64,000 bases of DNA, from NCBI GenBank assembly GCA_963783375.1, contig CAWANH010000028.1, forward strand, positions 352,001 to 416,000, given 5' to 3'. The notes below the pieces were generated by a model. It searched no databases. It saw only the letters and a program-made list of their open reading frames with translations, and was not told where the DNA came from. The stretch comes from Candidatus Eiseniibacteriota bacterium. GTDB lineage: Bacteria; Eisenbacteria; RBG-16-71-46; JABDJR01. The position numbers were made by a program, and so were the translations under genes. Shown here piece by piece: positions 35,233 through 45,215 of the stretch. Each line of letters starts with the position of its first letter. Positions within the stretch are counted from its first letter, which is position 1.

Positions 35233-36210
35233 CTACATCGTCAACGCCATGACCGCCTTCTGAGCGTGCATCCGGTTCTCGGCCTCGTCGTAGACCACCG
35301 AGTGCGGTCCGTCCATCACCCCGTCGGTGACCTCGACGTTCCGGTCGGCGGGAAGCGGGTGCATGTAGATCGCATCCGGCTTGGCCAGGGCCATCCGCCG
35401 CTCGTCGGTGATCCAGCTCGAGTACTTCTTGATGATCTTCGCGCCTTCGTCGGCGTCCGGGGTATGCACCATGGCGCCCCAGGACTTCGCATAGACGATG
35501 TCCGCGTCCTTGAACGCGGCGTCCATGTCGTCCACCACCTCGAAACCGGCGCCGAACTTGCGCGCCTGCTCCCGGGCCTGTTCCATGATCCCGGGCATGA
35601 GCTTGAACTCCGGCGGGTGGGCCAGAACCACGTCCATGCCGAAGCGGGGCATCTGGAGGATCAGGGACTGGGGGACCGACATCGGCTTCTGATAGGACGA
35701 GGCGTAGGCCCACGACACCACCATCTTCTTCCGGCGGAGGTCCCGGCCCTTCTTCTCGACGATGGTCATGAGATCGGCCAGGCACTGGAAGGGATGGTAG
35801 ATGTCGCACTGCATGTTGAGCACCGGCACCCGGGAGTGCTCGGCCACCGCGTTCAGGTAGCCGTTCCCCGCCCCCCAGTCCACCTGGCGAATGGCGATCC
35901 CGTCGTAGTAGCGGCCGAATATCTGGCCGATCTCCTTGGGGGTGTCGCCGTGGGCGATCTGGGTGCTCTTGCTCTCGATGAACGCGGCGTGGCCGCCGAG
36001 CTGGGCCATCCCCGCCTCGAAGGAGCCGCGGGTGCGGGTGCTGGAGAAGAAGAAGAGCATGGCCAGGACCTTGTCGCGCAGGTAGGGATGAGCCTCCCCC
36101 AGGGCGCGCTTCCGCTTCAGGTCGAAGGCCACGTCGAGAACGGTCTCGACCTCTTCCTTCGTGAAATCGAGGTCGCCGATCAGGTCGCGACCATGGAGCC
36201 AGGTCTGCAT
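35233..36210 (-). CDS. ygeW: YgeW-like carbamoyltransferase
   Basis: STRT, IAHGDT, NMQCDIYHP, SWAYASSYQKPMSVPQS, YAKSW, HPLP. Confidence 0.7.
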   Translation of the reverse strand: MQTWLHGRDLIGDLDFTKEEVETVLDVAFDLKRKRALGEAHPYLRDKVLAMLFFFSSTRTRGSFEAGMAQLGGHAAFIESKSTQIAHGDTPKEIGQIFGRYYDGIAIRQVDWGAGNGYLNAVAEHSRVPVLNMQCDIYHPFQCLADLMTIVEKKGRDLRRKKMVVSWAYASSYQKPMSVPQSLILQMPRFGMDVVLAHPPEFKLMPGIMEQAREQARKFGAGFEVVDDMDAAFKDADIVYAKSWGAMVHTPDADEGAKIIKKYSSWITDERRMALAKPDAIYMHPLPADRNVEVTDGVMDGPHSVVYDEAENRMHAQKAVMALTM

Positions 36211-36253
36211 TGGAGCCTCCTCTGCTGTCGTGCTGACGGGAGCGGGCGGGAAG

Positions 36254-37207
36254 TTACTCCATCGCCCCGAGGATGAGGGCGAGGAGCGACATCCGCATCA
36301 CCACGCCGTTGAAAGCCTCCTGCCAGTAGCGCGACCAGCGGGTCATGTCCACGTCGGGCGGGATCTCGTCCATGCGCGGGAGGGAATGGAGGAGGATCGC
36401 GTCGGACTTCGCCTTGGTGGCCAGGAGCTCCCGGGTGATCTTGTAGTTGGCCGGGGTGAGGCCGGCGTCGCCGGTCCGCTCGTCGCGGGCCTTGGTGTAG
36501 TCGGGCTGGACCACCGGCTCGACCAGGATCACGTCGGCGTCGCCGATCGCCTGCTCCACGTGCTCCGCTTCCTTGAAGTTCAGGCTGTACCCTTCGAGCT
36601 CCTCCTTGAACTCGGGGGTGAGGCTCATCTCGGGGGGAGAGACGAAGGTGACGGGGCAGTCGAACTGGGTGAGGGCATGGCCCAGCGAGTGCATGGTGCG
36701 CATGCGCATGTCCCCCACCGCCAGCCACTTGAGCCCGTCGAGCCGGCCCTTCTCCTGGAGAACGGTGTAGAGGTCGGTGAGGACCTGGGTGGGGTGTTCT
36801 CCCCAGCCGTCCCCGCCGTTGATGATCGGGATCGAGGCCCACTTGGCCGCCTCGTGGGGCGCGCCCTGCTGGAAGTGGCGCATCACGATGACGTCGCCGT
36901 AGTACTCCAGCATCTTGACCGTGTCCTTGATCGTCTCCTGGTAGAAGTCGCCGGCCCGGGTCATCTTGGCGTCGGCGAACCCGGTCACATGACCACCCAG
37001 GCGGTGCATGGCCGCCTCGTGGGCCAGCCGGGTGCGGGTGGACGGCTGGTAGAACGCCGTCACCATGGTCTTTTCCTTCAAGATGTCGCTGTTCCGGCGG
37101 CTGCGCGCGATCGGCTCCAGCTCCTTGGCCACATCGAAAACCCGCATGAACTCATTGCGCTCAAAATCCTTGAGCGAAAGAATGTCGCGTCCTGAAAAGC
37201 TCTTCAT
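36254..37207 (-). CDS. pyrB: Aspartate carbamoyltransferase-like protein
   Basis: FYQPSTRT, MRH, NGGDG..EHPTQ, HSLPR. Confidence 0.7.
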   Translation of the reverse strand: MKSFSGRDILSLKDFERNEFMRVFDVAKELEPIARSRRNSDILKEKTMVTAFYQPSTRTRLAHEAAMHRLGGHVTGFADAKMTRAGDFYQETIKDTVKMLEYYGDVIVMRHFQQGAPHEAAKWASIPIINGGDGWGEHPTQVLTDLYTVLQEKGRLDGLKWLAVGDMRMRTMHSLGHALTQFDCPVTFVSPPEMSLTPEFKEELEGYSLNFKEAEHVEQAIGDADVILVEPVVQPDYTKARDERTGDAGLTPANYKITRELLATKAKSDAILLHSLPRMDEIPPDVDMTRWSRYWQEAFNGVVMRMSLLALILGAME

Positions 37208-37561
37208 TGCCGTTCTCCTGAGAATTCAGTCCCGCCGCACCGCACGTCACCGCGCAGCCGGTCATCCGGCCCTTCCCGCCCCGAGCGCGGTAATGCGCTC
37301 CGCGAGCCGTCCGGGCCAATCACGAGCCCCATTTGAGCTCAACCTTTCGCAAGCTGCGAATAGCCGACCATCATACCGAATCCCGCGGCCCGGAACCATA
37401 TGGGGAATGCGGACACTTCGGCGCCAATCCCGGCCGACCGCCGTGAGGGGGACTACCGCCTCATTGAAAAATGACTTAACTTGTCGCTATTGTCGCGCCA
37501 CCTCCACCGTCGGCCCGGATCCGGTCGCACCCAGGCGTCCGGTCTCGGGTACCATGGCCGG

Positions 37562-38020
37562 ATGGACGTACAAATCGCGCATCTCAAGGACCACCCCGAG
37601 CACTTTCCCACCGTGGCCCGGTGGATTCACGAGGAGTTCTGGACGGGCCGGGAGGGGCACAGCCCGGAGCGGATGGAGGCGCGGCTACGCACCGCCTCGG
37701 ACCCGGACCGGATCCCCCTCTCGCTCCTGGCCCTGGTGGACGGCGAGCCGGCGGGCACGGTGAACCTGGTGGAGAACGACGACGAGGAGCGGGAGCACCT
37801 CACGCCGTGGCTGGCCGCGCTGCTGGTGATCCCCGAGCGCCGGGGACAGGGGATCGGGTCGCGCCTGGTCCGGGAGCTGGGCGCCCACGCCCGGCGCCTG
37901 GGGGTGGAGCGGATGTACCTGGGGACGGACATCCCGGCGTATTACGAGCGGCTGGGGGCGCGCGTTCACGAGCAGGTGACCGAGGCGTTCTGCGTGATGG
38001 TGATCGAGGTCTCGGGGTGA
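37562..38020 (+). CDS. GNAT family N-acetyltransferase
   Basis: PWLAALLV.PERRGQGIG, YYERLG. Confidence 0.85.
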   Translation: MDVQIAHLKDHPEHFPTVARWIHEEFWTGREGHSPERMEARLRTASDPDRIPLSLLALVDGEPAGTVNLVENDDEEREHLTPWLAALLVIPERRGQGIGSRLVRELGAHARRLGVERMYLGTDIPAYYERLGARVHEQVTEAFCVMVIEVSG

Positions 38021-38087
38021 CGCGCGCAGGGGCGCGGGATGCCCGCGGGGCCTGGAACGGCCGGCGCGGCTCCGGCCGCCAGTTTCC

Positions 38088-38945
38088 CTACCGCTCCGCG
38101 GCCAGCTCGGCGAACCGGCCGGACTGAAGCTCCTTCAGGGTCTCGGCGATCTCCTCCCGGGTGTTCATGACGAAGGGGCCGTACCGGGCGACCGGCTCCC
38201 CGATCGGCTGGCCCGACACCAGGAGGAAACTCGCGGGGCCGTCCACCGGGTTCACGGCCACGGCGTCGCCGTCCCCGAAGACCACCAGCCGGAGCGCGTC
38301 GGCCCGGGCCCGGTCGTCGCCGAACTCCGCCGTGCCGTCGTAGAGGTAGGCGAAGGCGGTATGGCCCCGGGGGACGGGATGCACGAAGCGGTTCCCCTCG
38401 GGTACGTGCACGTCGAGGTAGGTCGGCCGGGCGGCGATGTCGGTGACCGCGCCCTTCACCCCGTCCACCTCGCCGGCCACGATCTTCACCCGGGTGCCGT
38501 CGGGAAGGGTGGACTCGGGGATGCCGTTCGCCGGGAACTCCTGGTAGCGGGGTCGCATCATCTTGAGGCCGGAGGGCAGGTTCACCCAGAGCTGGAACCC
38601 GAAGTTCCCCTCCGGGGCCACCTGGGGCATCTCCTCGTGGAGGATCGCCCGCCCGGCGGTCATCCACTGGACGTCGCCCTCCTTGATCACCCCTTCCCGG
38701 CCGGTCGAATCCTTGTGGCGCACCGAGCCGCGGAGCATGTAGGTCACGGTCTCGATCCCGCGATGCGGATGCATGGGGAACCCGGCACGATAGTCGTCGG
38801 GGTTCTCGGAGCCGAAATGATCCAGCAGCAGGAACGGGTCCAGGTAGTCCAGCGCCCGGGAGGCGATGCTCCGGCGAAGGCGCACCCCGGCGCCGTCCTG
38901 GGTGACCTCGGGGGTGATCTGGGTGGCGACCTCTCGCGTCTTCAT
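38088..38945 (-). CDS. Pirin family protein
   Basis: DPFLLLD, HPHRGIETVTY, WMTAG..HEE, QLWVN, GPFVMN. Confidence 0.95.
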   Translation of the reverse strand: MKTREVATQITPEVTQDGAGVRLRRSIASRALDYLDPFLLLDHFGSENPDDYRAGFPMHPHRGIETVTYMLRGSVRHKDSTGREGVIKEGDVQWMTAGRAILHEEMPQVAPEGNFGFQLWVNLPSGLKMMRPRYQEFPANGIPESTLPDGTRVKIVAGEVDGVKGAVTDIAARPTYLDVHVPEGNRFVHPVPRGHTAFAYLYDGTAEFGDDRARADALRLVVFGDGDAVAVNPVDGPASFLLVSGQPIGEPVARYGPFVMNTREEIAETLKELQSGRFAELAAER

Positions 38946-39177
38946 GGGATGGCTCCTTTCAAACCGAACCGAAATGATCGCATGTCGAGGCGCCGTGGTG
39001 GAGATCGTCTTGAGGGCCGGCTCGGGTTGTACCCGGGTATCTTGGCTTTACGTAATGACTTAATGGTCTTGATTATTGTAACGTACCGCTCGCGGCGAGC
39101 CGGTCGGCCCGGGCCAGGACCGACCCGCCCCGACCACCTTCGATTGACGATGAGCCCCAGAGCCGATCGGCCGGCGG

Positions 39178-41904
39178 CTACTTCATCAGGAGCGCCTTCC
39201 GCACCTGGCTCTGCTCCCCCGCTCGGAGCCGGATCAGGTAGAACCCCGCGGCGGCACGGCCGCCGGTCGCCAGCCGGCCGTCCCATGATGCCTCGTGCGC
39301 CCCCGCCGGTTCCGTCCCCTCCACCAGCATCGCCACGCGGCGCCCCTGCACGTCGAACACGTCCACGCGGACCTGGGTCGCACGCGGCAGGGTGTAGGCG
39401 ATCCGCGTCGCTTCCCGGAACGGGTTCGGGCTGGCCGGCGCCATGGCGAACGCGAACCGAGCCGCCGCCGCCGGGAGCGTCACCGGCCCCAGCCACCTCG
39501 TCCCCCCGCTTCGCGCCCGCTCGGCCAGCCAGTAGTCGGCGGCGGTGGCCGGAGCTTCGGCGTCCACGAACTCGTAGTGGGTGGAACCGGAGACCAGCCC
39601 GTCGTTCAGCTTCACCCGCTCCCCCGCTCCCACCTGGCGGTACACGTCGAACCCGGCGTGGTCCGTCGCCTCGGCCACCGACCACCGGAGCGCCGCGCCT
39701 TCCGGCGCGCGGGTGACGGTGAAGCTCGACAGCCTCACCGGGATGGGCTGCTCCGCGGAGCGGAACCAGTCGATGCTCCGGTTGAACACCTCCTGGGCCT
39801 GGGCGGGCTTCATCCAGTAGAGATCGAAGCCGAACCACTGGACCGCCCCCTGGGAGGGATTCGGGTTCATGTCGTGCCAGCGGATCGCGGTAAGCTTCAG
39901 GTCGTAGTGTGAGTTCAGCGCCTTGGCCCGGTAGACATAGAGCGAGTCGAGTACCCCGGTGAACCCCGGGATGTCCCCGGCTTCGATCGGGTCGAACACC
40001 GCGTCCGCGAACGGGATCGACTGCCGGAAGGGATTCCAGCGGTCGGGATCCTGTTGGAGGCCCGGATAAATGACCGGCTTCCCGGGGAAGGGATCCGCCC
40101 CTACCATGTTGTCGGTCGAACGGGTGCCCAGCCGGTTCCCGGCCAGGGCGTTCTCGATCCGACCCGAGGCCAGCTTCATGAAATCGTAGGCGAAGTCCCC
40201 GGGCGCGGGGGCCAAGGGATAATTGGTGGGCGCGCTGGTCACGCCCCGCATCATGCCGGCGACGGTCTGGCTACCCACCACCCACAACTGTCCTCCGGCG
40301 GCCATGTACGCCTGCAGGTTACGGTTCCGGTACCCGGTCGACTGGTAGAGCGCGCTCAGCCCGTTGTAGCCGAGGTCCGCGTACCAGATGAGGAGCCGGT
40401 AACGTCCCAAGACACTTAGATCCGGGGGCAGCGGCGGGAGATACTGCGAGTCGTTCAACCCGTAACAATCATAGCTCCACACGCTGTCGGAGGGGGTGCC
40501 GCCGAAGCGCCCCGAGTTGTCGAAGAGCTGCTGCCAGAAGGCGTCCACCGTCTGGTCGGTCGGCTCGACGGTCCCGCCCAGACTCTTCAGGTCGTCCACC
40601 CACAGCGTGCTGCGGTCGAAGGGCATGGGGACCACGTGCAGAACCACGGCCAGCCGGCTGATCGAGCCCTGGCTGTCCCGCGCCTCCACGTACAGGGTGT
40701 GGTCGCCCGGGTCGGGGAACCGGATCTCGGGGAGGGCGTTGCGATCGGCCCACGCCGACCAGCCCGTCTCACCGTTCGGATCGGTAAGATCGATACCCCA
40801 ACGATTCTCCGCGCATACTCCGCCGTACGTTTCCGCGCTGCAGAACACCCGGACGTGTAGAGGGGTGGCCTGGGGAACGTCCCGCTCCACCAGGGTGTCG
40901 GACCCGCTTCCCTCGATGAGACCCAGAATCGGGTCGTCCAGGAGAATCGTGGGGCTGGGCGGGACGGCGAGCGCTTTGATCTTGACGACGTTTCTGGCGA
41001 TATCCAGGAACGGCTCGGCGGCGCCGTCGGCGTCCACCGCCCGCACGCCAAGGAGATACTCCCCGCCCGGCTCCAGGCTCAGCTGGACGGGGAAGGCGTC
41101 CGTGCTCTCGTAGATCCACGGCCCGCCCCGCGTGAACAGGAAGCTGATGGGCACCAGATAGAGGGGCGGTGGGGGATACAGCGTGTCGACGCGCAGGAGC
41201 TTGTAGAGGTAGCCCGCGGGGGAATCGGGGGTGTCGGCGTCCGTCCCGGCCGGTACCACCTGCAGGTTGGGCCCGGCGTAGATGTAGCTGGAGCTGGTCT
41301 GGCCGGAGAGGTCGGGGCTCGCGATCACCGACTGCGGGGTATGGTTGAGAGCCTTGAAGCTCGATCCTGTCCCGCCGTAGGCCCCGTTACCGTCCAGCGC
41401 CCGGACGTAGAGCTCGTGCAGGCCGTAGTAGTCGCCCGACGGGGCAGGACAGCACCCCACGACGGCGGAGTCCGGATAAGGAGCGGTGAACACGAAGTTC
41501 CGGCTCGTGTCCGGGGTCTCGATCCAGTCGAAGGTGTAGACGGTGCCGCCGTCGTCCTTGGAGACCCGCAGGGTGTCGCTATCCGGCCCCGGCCCCGGAA
41601 CGACCTGGATCGTGATCCCCGGGTAGTCCTCGGGGTGCAGCACTTCGTCCTCGGTGAACGCGGCGGGCGGATCCAGCGCGTACTCGGACCGGACGATCCC
41701 CACGCCGCCGCCATCGACGCTCCAGATCGCATCGCTTCGATAGGGCACGGAGGTGCCCGCCGCAGGAGCCAGAAGGGTCACGACTGGCTCGGCAAGTACC
41801 CCCGGCACCGATCCCGGTCCGATCAAGCCCAGGATCAGAAGGCACGCGGAGAGAATCAAGCGATCCGGGTTCTTCCAAGAGGAAGTCGAGTCCGTCCTGC
41901 GCAT
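39178..41904 (-). CDS. Large secreted protein with FlgD-Ig/T9SS-like C-terminal domain
   Basis: Signal peptide after MRRTD; IPVRLSSF motif; tail SPNPF..FDVQGRRV..WDG..AGFYLIRL. Confidence 0.8.
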   Translation of the reverse strand: MRRTDSTSSWKNPDRLILSACLLILGLIGPGSVPGVLAEPVVTLLAPAAGTSVPYRSDAIWSVDGGGVGIVRSEYALDPPAAFTEDEVLHPEDYPGITIQVVPGPGPDSDTLRVSKDDGGTVYTFDWIETPDTSRNFVFTAPYPDSAVVGCCPAPSGDYYGLHELYVRALDGNGAYGGTGSSFKALNHTPQSVIASPDLSGQTSSSYIYAGPNLQVVPAGTDADTPDSPAGYLYKLLRVDTLYPPPPLYLVPISFLFTRGGPWIYESTDAFPVQLSLEPGGEYLLGVRAVDADGAAEPFLDIARNVVKIKALAVPPSPTILLDDPILGLIEGSGSDTLVERDVPQATPLHVRVFCSAETYGGVCAENRWGIDLTDPNGETGWSAWADRNALPEIRFPDPGDHTLYVEARDSQGSISRLAVVLHVVPMPFDRSTLWVDDLKSLGGTVEPTDQTVDAFWQQLFDNSGRFGGTPSDSVWSYDCYGLNDSQYLPPLPPDLSVLGRYRLLIWYADLGYNGLSALYQSTGYRNRNLQAYMAAGGQLWVVGSQTVAGMMRGVTSAPTNYPLAPAPGDFAYDFMKLASGRIENALAGNRLGTRSTDNMVGADPFPGKPVIYPGLQQDPDRWNPFRQSIPFADAVFDPIEAGDIPGFTGVLDSLYVYRAKALNSHYDLKLTAIRWHDMNPNPSQGAVQWFGFDLYWMKPAQAQEVFNRSIDWFRSAEQPIPVRLSSFTVTRAPEGAALRWSVAEATDHAGFDVYRQVGAGERVKLNDGLVSGSTHYEFVDAEAPATAADYWLAERARSGGTRWLGPVTLPAAAARFAFAMAPASPNPFREATRIAYTLPRATQVRVDVFDVQGRRVAMLVEGTEPAGAHEASWDGRLATGGRAAAGFYLIRLRAGEQSQVRKALLMK

Positions 41905-42153
41905 GGCGCCCCCGATTCGTTTCAAACCCTGGATCATTGCGGCCGCGGGGGATCGCGGGGCGCCGGTGGGGGGAATTCCTCGGGCGCCGGGATGCGAATC
42001 CATTCTATAGCACAAGCCCGGACTTGTGATGCGGAAACAGGACACGGCGCGAGCCCGCCTTCCCGCCCCCGGGCAGAAACCGGACACCGGTGCTACACTC
42101 CGCCCCCGAATCGCCGGTCCCGGAACCGGCCCAAGCCCAAGGAGGTTCGTCCG

Positions 42154-43356
42154 TTGCTCTCCGGCTCCTTCACGCCCGTCGATACCCGACCGCATCGCTC
42201 GGTTTTCCGGCCGGCCGTCGCCATGCTGCTCCTCGCGGCGGCCGGTTTGCTCGGGAACTCCCTGGCTCCGGCGCCGGTTCACGCCCGGCCCCTGAACGAT
42301 CCCCCCGACACCCTGGCCTTCATGCTCGGCGCCGACCTGTCGTATCTGGCCCAGCTCGAGGCCTCGGGGGCGGCGTACACCGAGAAGGGGGAGACCCGCG
42401 ACCCGATTCGTCTCCTGCGCGCGAACGGGATCGACACCATCAGACTTCGCCTCTGGCACACCCCGGCCTCCGGGCACGACGACCTGGCCGAGACCATCCG
42501 GATGGCCCAGCGCGCCCGCGCCGCCGGGCTCCGCATCCTCCTCGACATCCAGTACTCCGATACCTGGGCCGATCCCGGCCACCAGACCAAACCGGCGGCG
42601 TGGAAGAACCTGGATTTCGAGGAACTCCAGAAGAGCGTCCGTTCCTATACCGCCACCGCGGTCGGCGCCCTGCGCATGGCCAACGCCCTGCCGGAGGTAG
42701 TCCAGGTCGGAAACGAGATCACCGGCGGGTTCCTCTGGGACGACGGACGGGTGGACGGCGCCCACGGGGACGACCAACAATGGCGCCGGTTCGCCGCGCT
42801 CCTGAACGCGGCCATCGCCGGGGTGCATGACCCGCTGGACAGGAACGACCACGTACAGGTCATGATCCACATCGACCGTGGCGGAGACCCGGCCGGGGCC
42901 CGGGCCTTTTTCGACCGGCTCCAGGACGAGAAGGTCTCCTTCGACGTGATCGGCCTTTCCTACTACCCCTGGTGGCAGGGATCGATGGACGATCTGTCCC
43001 GGACCATGAACGTCCTTGCCGACCGGTACGGGAAGCCGATCGTGGTGGCCGAGACCGCCTACCCATGGACCCTGTCCTGGTTCGACGACGTGCACAACGT
43101 GGTGGGAGAGCCGGACCAGATTCTTCCCGCCTACGAAGCCACCCCCGAGGGGCAGGCCGCGTTCCTCCGCGACCTCCTGAAGACGGTCGCCGCGGTTCCC
43201 GGGGGCCTCGGCCGGGGGGTCGTCTACTGGTCCCCCGAAGACGTCTCCGTTCCCAACGTCGGCTCGAGCTGGGAGAACCTGACCCTCTTCGACTACAACG
43301 GCGATATCCTCCCCGCGGCCGGCGCGTTCAAGGAGTTCCGCGCGGCGCGGCCCTAG
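42154..43356 (+). CDS. Arabinogalactan endo-1,4-beta-galactanase (GH53)
   Basis: GADLS, RLRLW, YSDTWADPGHQTKP, VQVGNE, GLSYYP, AETAYP; signal peptide. Confidence 0.92.
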   Translation: MLSGSFTPVDTRPHRSVFRPAVAMLLLAAAGLLGNSLAPAPVHARPLNDPPDTLAFMLGADLSYLAQLEASGAAYTEKGETRDPIRLLRANGIDTIRLRLWHTPASGHDDLAETIRMAQRARAAGLRILLDIQYSDTWADPGHQTKPAAWKNLDFEELQKSVRSYTATAVGALRMANALPEVVQVGNEITGGFLWDDGRVDGAHGDDQQWRRFAALLNAAIAGVHDPLDRNDHVQVMIHIDRGGDPAGARAFFDRLQDEKVSFDVIGLSYYPWWQGSMDDLSRTMNVLADRYGKPIVVAETAYPWTLSWFDDVHNVVGEPDQILPAYEATPEGQAAFLRDLLKTVAAVPGGLGRGVVYWSPEDVSVPNVGSSWENLTLFDYNGDILPAAGAFKEFRAARP

Positions 43357-43393
43357 ACTCCGCGGCCCACCCGCCCACCACCGAGGAGGCGTC

Positions 43394-43828
43394 ATGGCTC
43401 CCGAAAACGATCCCGTCCTCGACACCGCCCGCCGCTTCGCCGAGGCTCTCGACCGCGAGGATTACGTCGCGGCGGCGGCCCTACTCACCCCCGACACCCG
43501 GTATCGGATCGGCGACGATGAGTTCGTGGGCGCCGAGGCCATCGTCGCCTCGTACCGAGAGAACGGCGAGTGGGCGCTGGCCACCCTGGACGCGGTGAGC
43601 TACGAAAGTCGCGTGGAGGCCGCGGGCCCCGGGCGGGCGGCGATCACCTTCGTGGACCACCTGGAACATGCGTTGCGCCGGCACACCCACACCTGCCGCC
43701 AGGAGATCACGGTGGGCCCGGACGGCCGGATCACCGGGATCGAGCACCACGATCTTCCCGGCGAGCCGGAGCGCCTCGACGCGTTCTTCCGCGAAACCGG
43801 GGTCAAGCGGTCCGGGGACCACCCGTGA
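43394..43828 (+). CDS. NTF2/SnoaL-like protein
   Basis: 144 aa with SnoaL pattern (RFAEALDRED..G.EAI); GAGGAGG RBS. Confidence 0.7.
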   Translation: MAPENDPVLDTARRFAEALDREDYVAAAALLTPDTRYRIGDDEFVGAEAIVASYRENGEWALATLDAVSYESRVEAAGPGRAAITFVDHLEHALRRHTHTCRQEITVGPDGRITGIEHHDLPGEPERLDAFFRETGVKRSGDHP

Positions 43829-43886
43829 GCCCCACCGCACTCCCCGAACGGAGCCCGGCAACGCGGTAATCCCCGCGGAGGATCCC

Positions 43887-44342
43887 ATGCCCGATTCCCT
43901 CAGCCAGCTCATCCCCGACATCCAGGCCGCGATCGGCCCGGTGATCCTCATCTCCGGGGTGGGGCTCCTCCTCCTCACCATGACCAACCGGTACGGCCGG
44001 ATCATCGACCGCTGCCGTCACCTCGCGGCGGAGGCGCCCACCGCCCACGGCGCCGGCCGGGCGAAGAAGCTCACCCAGCTCACCATTCTCTCCCGGCGGC
44101 TCCGCATCATGCGATCTTCCATCTTCCTGGCCACGCTCTGCGTGCTCTTCGTGAGCCTCCTCATCATCGTTCTCTTCCTGGCCTCGATGCTGAGGACCCA
44201 GGCGACCTGGCTGGTAGTGTCGTTCTTCGTGGCCGCGCTGATCTGCCTGATCCTCTCCCTGATCGCCTTCATGCGGGACATCCACATCTCCCTGGTGGCG
44301 GTGGAACTGGAGCTGCGGCAGGAGGACGCCGGCCCGGAGTGA
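43887..44342 (+). CDS. DUF2721 membrane protein
   Basis: IQAAIGPVILISGVGLLLLTMTNRYGRIIDR; 3 TM helices. Confidence 0.8.
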   Translation: MPDSLSQLIPDIQAAIGPVILISGVGLLLLTMTNRYGRIIDRCRHLAAEAPTAHGAGRAKKLTQLTILSRRLRIMRSSIFLATLCVLFVSLLIIVLFLASMLRTQATWLVVSFFVAALICLILSLIAFMRDIHISLVAVELELRQEDAGPE

Positions 44343-44423
44343 CTCCGGGCGCCCGCACCGCCCGCCGAGGCCTCGGCGGGCGCGCACCGGGGCCGGGGCC
44401 GCCGCCGGCCGGCCGAGAAGACC

Positions 44424-44978
44424 CTACCCGGCTACCCGCACCAGCAACGCCTTCAGCGAATCGTAGTTGGCGGGGACGGAGAGGTCGTGCTCGGTGAGGT
44501 TGTAGACCGCGGCGACGCGGTTCTCGGGGTCGAGCACCACGACGTCCCGGTAGGTCACCTTCCAGTCGCTCCAGACGTGCTCGGAGTCGGTGTCCTGGAG
44601 CCAGGGGATGGTCCTTCCGGACACGATGAGGGAGTTTCCCGACTCCTGCCCGGCTTCGTTGATCCCCAGGATCCGGATCGGGTGTGCGGTGTTGACGCTG
44701 TCGATCTCGCCCTGCATCCGGTTCAGGAAGCCGAACTGGCTCCGGCAGTAGCCTCAGGTCGAGTGTCCGAAGTACCAGGCCGAGACGTCGCCCAGCTCGT
44801 CGCGGGGGGAGACCGTGGAGTCGTGGGTGGCGGAGTTGGGGTTGACGTCGGTGAGGGCGAAATCGGGAACCTCGTCCCCGACCGGCACCCGGGGTTTGGT
44901 CGGGGTGTCGTCGCCGCATCCCGCGGCCAGGATCAGGGCAGCAAACAGGATCGGGAGCAGGTGTCTGAGTCGGAACAT
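44424..44978 (-). CDS. Thioredoxin-fold (redoxin/TlpA-like) selenolipoprotein; Sec at TGA 44754-44756 (UGYC)
   Basis: Lipobox LAAGC; GDEVPDFALTD..WYFGHST-TGA-GYCRSQF continues in frame into ORF 44424-44717 (ILGIN, PWLQD, VVVLDPE). Confidence 0.85.
44718..44753 (-). promoter_or_regulatory. Candidate bacterial SECIS hairpin immediately 3' of the UGA
   Basis: UGA GGCUACUGCC GGAGCC-AGUUC-GGCUUCC UGAACCGG can form a stem-loop (folded by eye only). Confidence 0.5.
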
Positions 44979-45215
44979 GGTCTCCCCTCGGGCGGACGGT
45001 GCGGCGAAGCGGCGGGGATCGGGCGGTTGAGCGCCGGTCCGGGCGCGTCCGTTCATGCTACCAGATCGCTCCGGGCCCACCTTCCCGGACGCGGCGGGAA
45101 ACTTTTGAACCTTTCCGGTCCGGGACTCGTCCTACCTAGTGGCCGACGAGGTGCGGCCGCCCCTCAGCTTACCCATAACCTGTTTGCAAACAAGCAGTTG
45201 GAAAGCGGAGTCGCC

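Noticed and set aside
41905-43425. N-terminal extensions of ORFs 39178-43425 and 41341-43356 (apparent long overlap)
   Set aside because: The real starts are at 41904 (-) and ~42154 (+); the extensions are antisense shadows.
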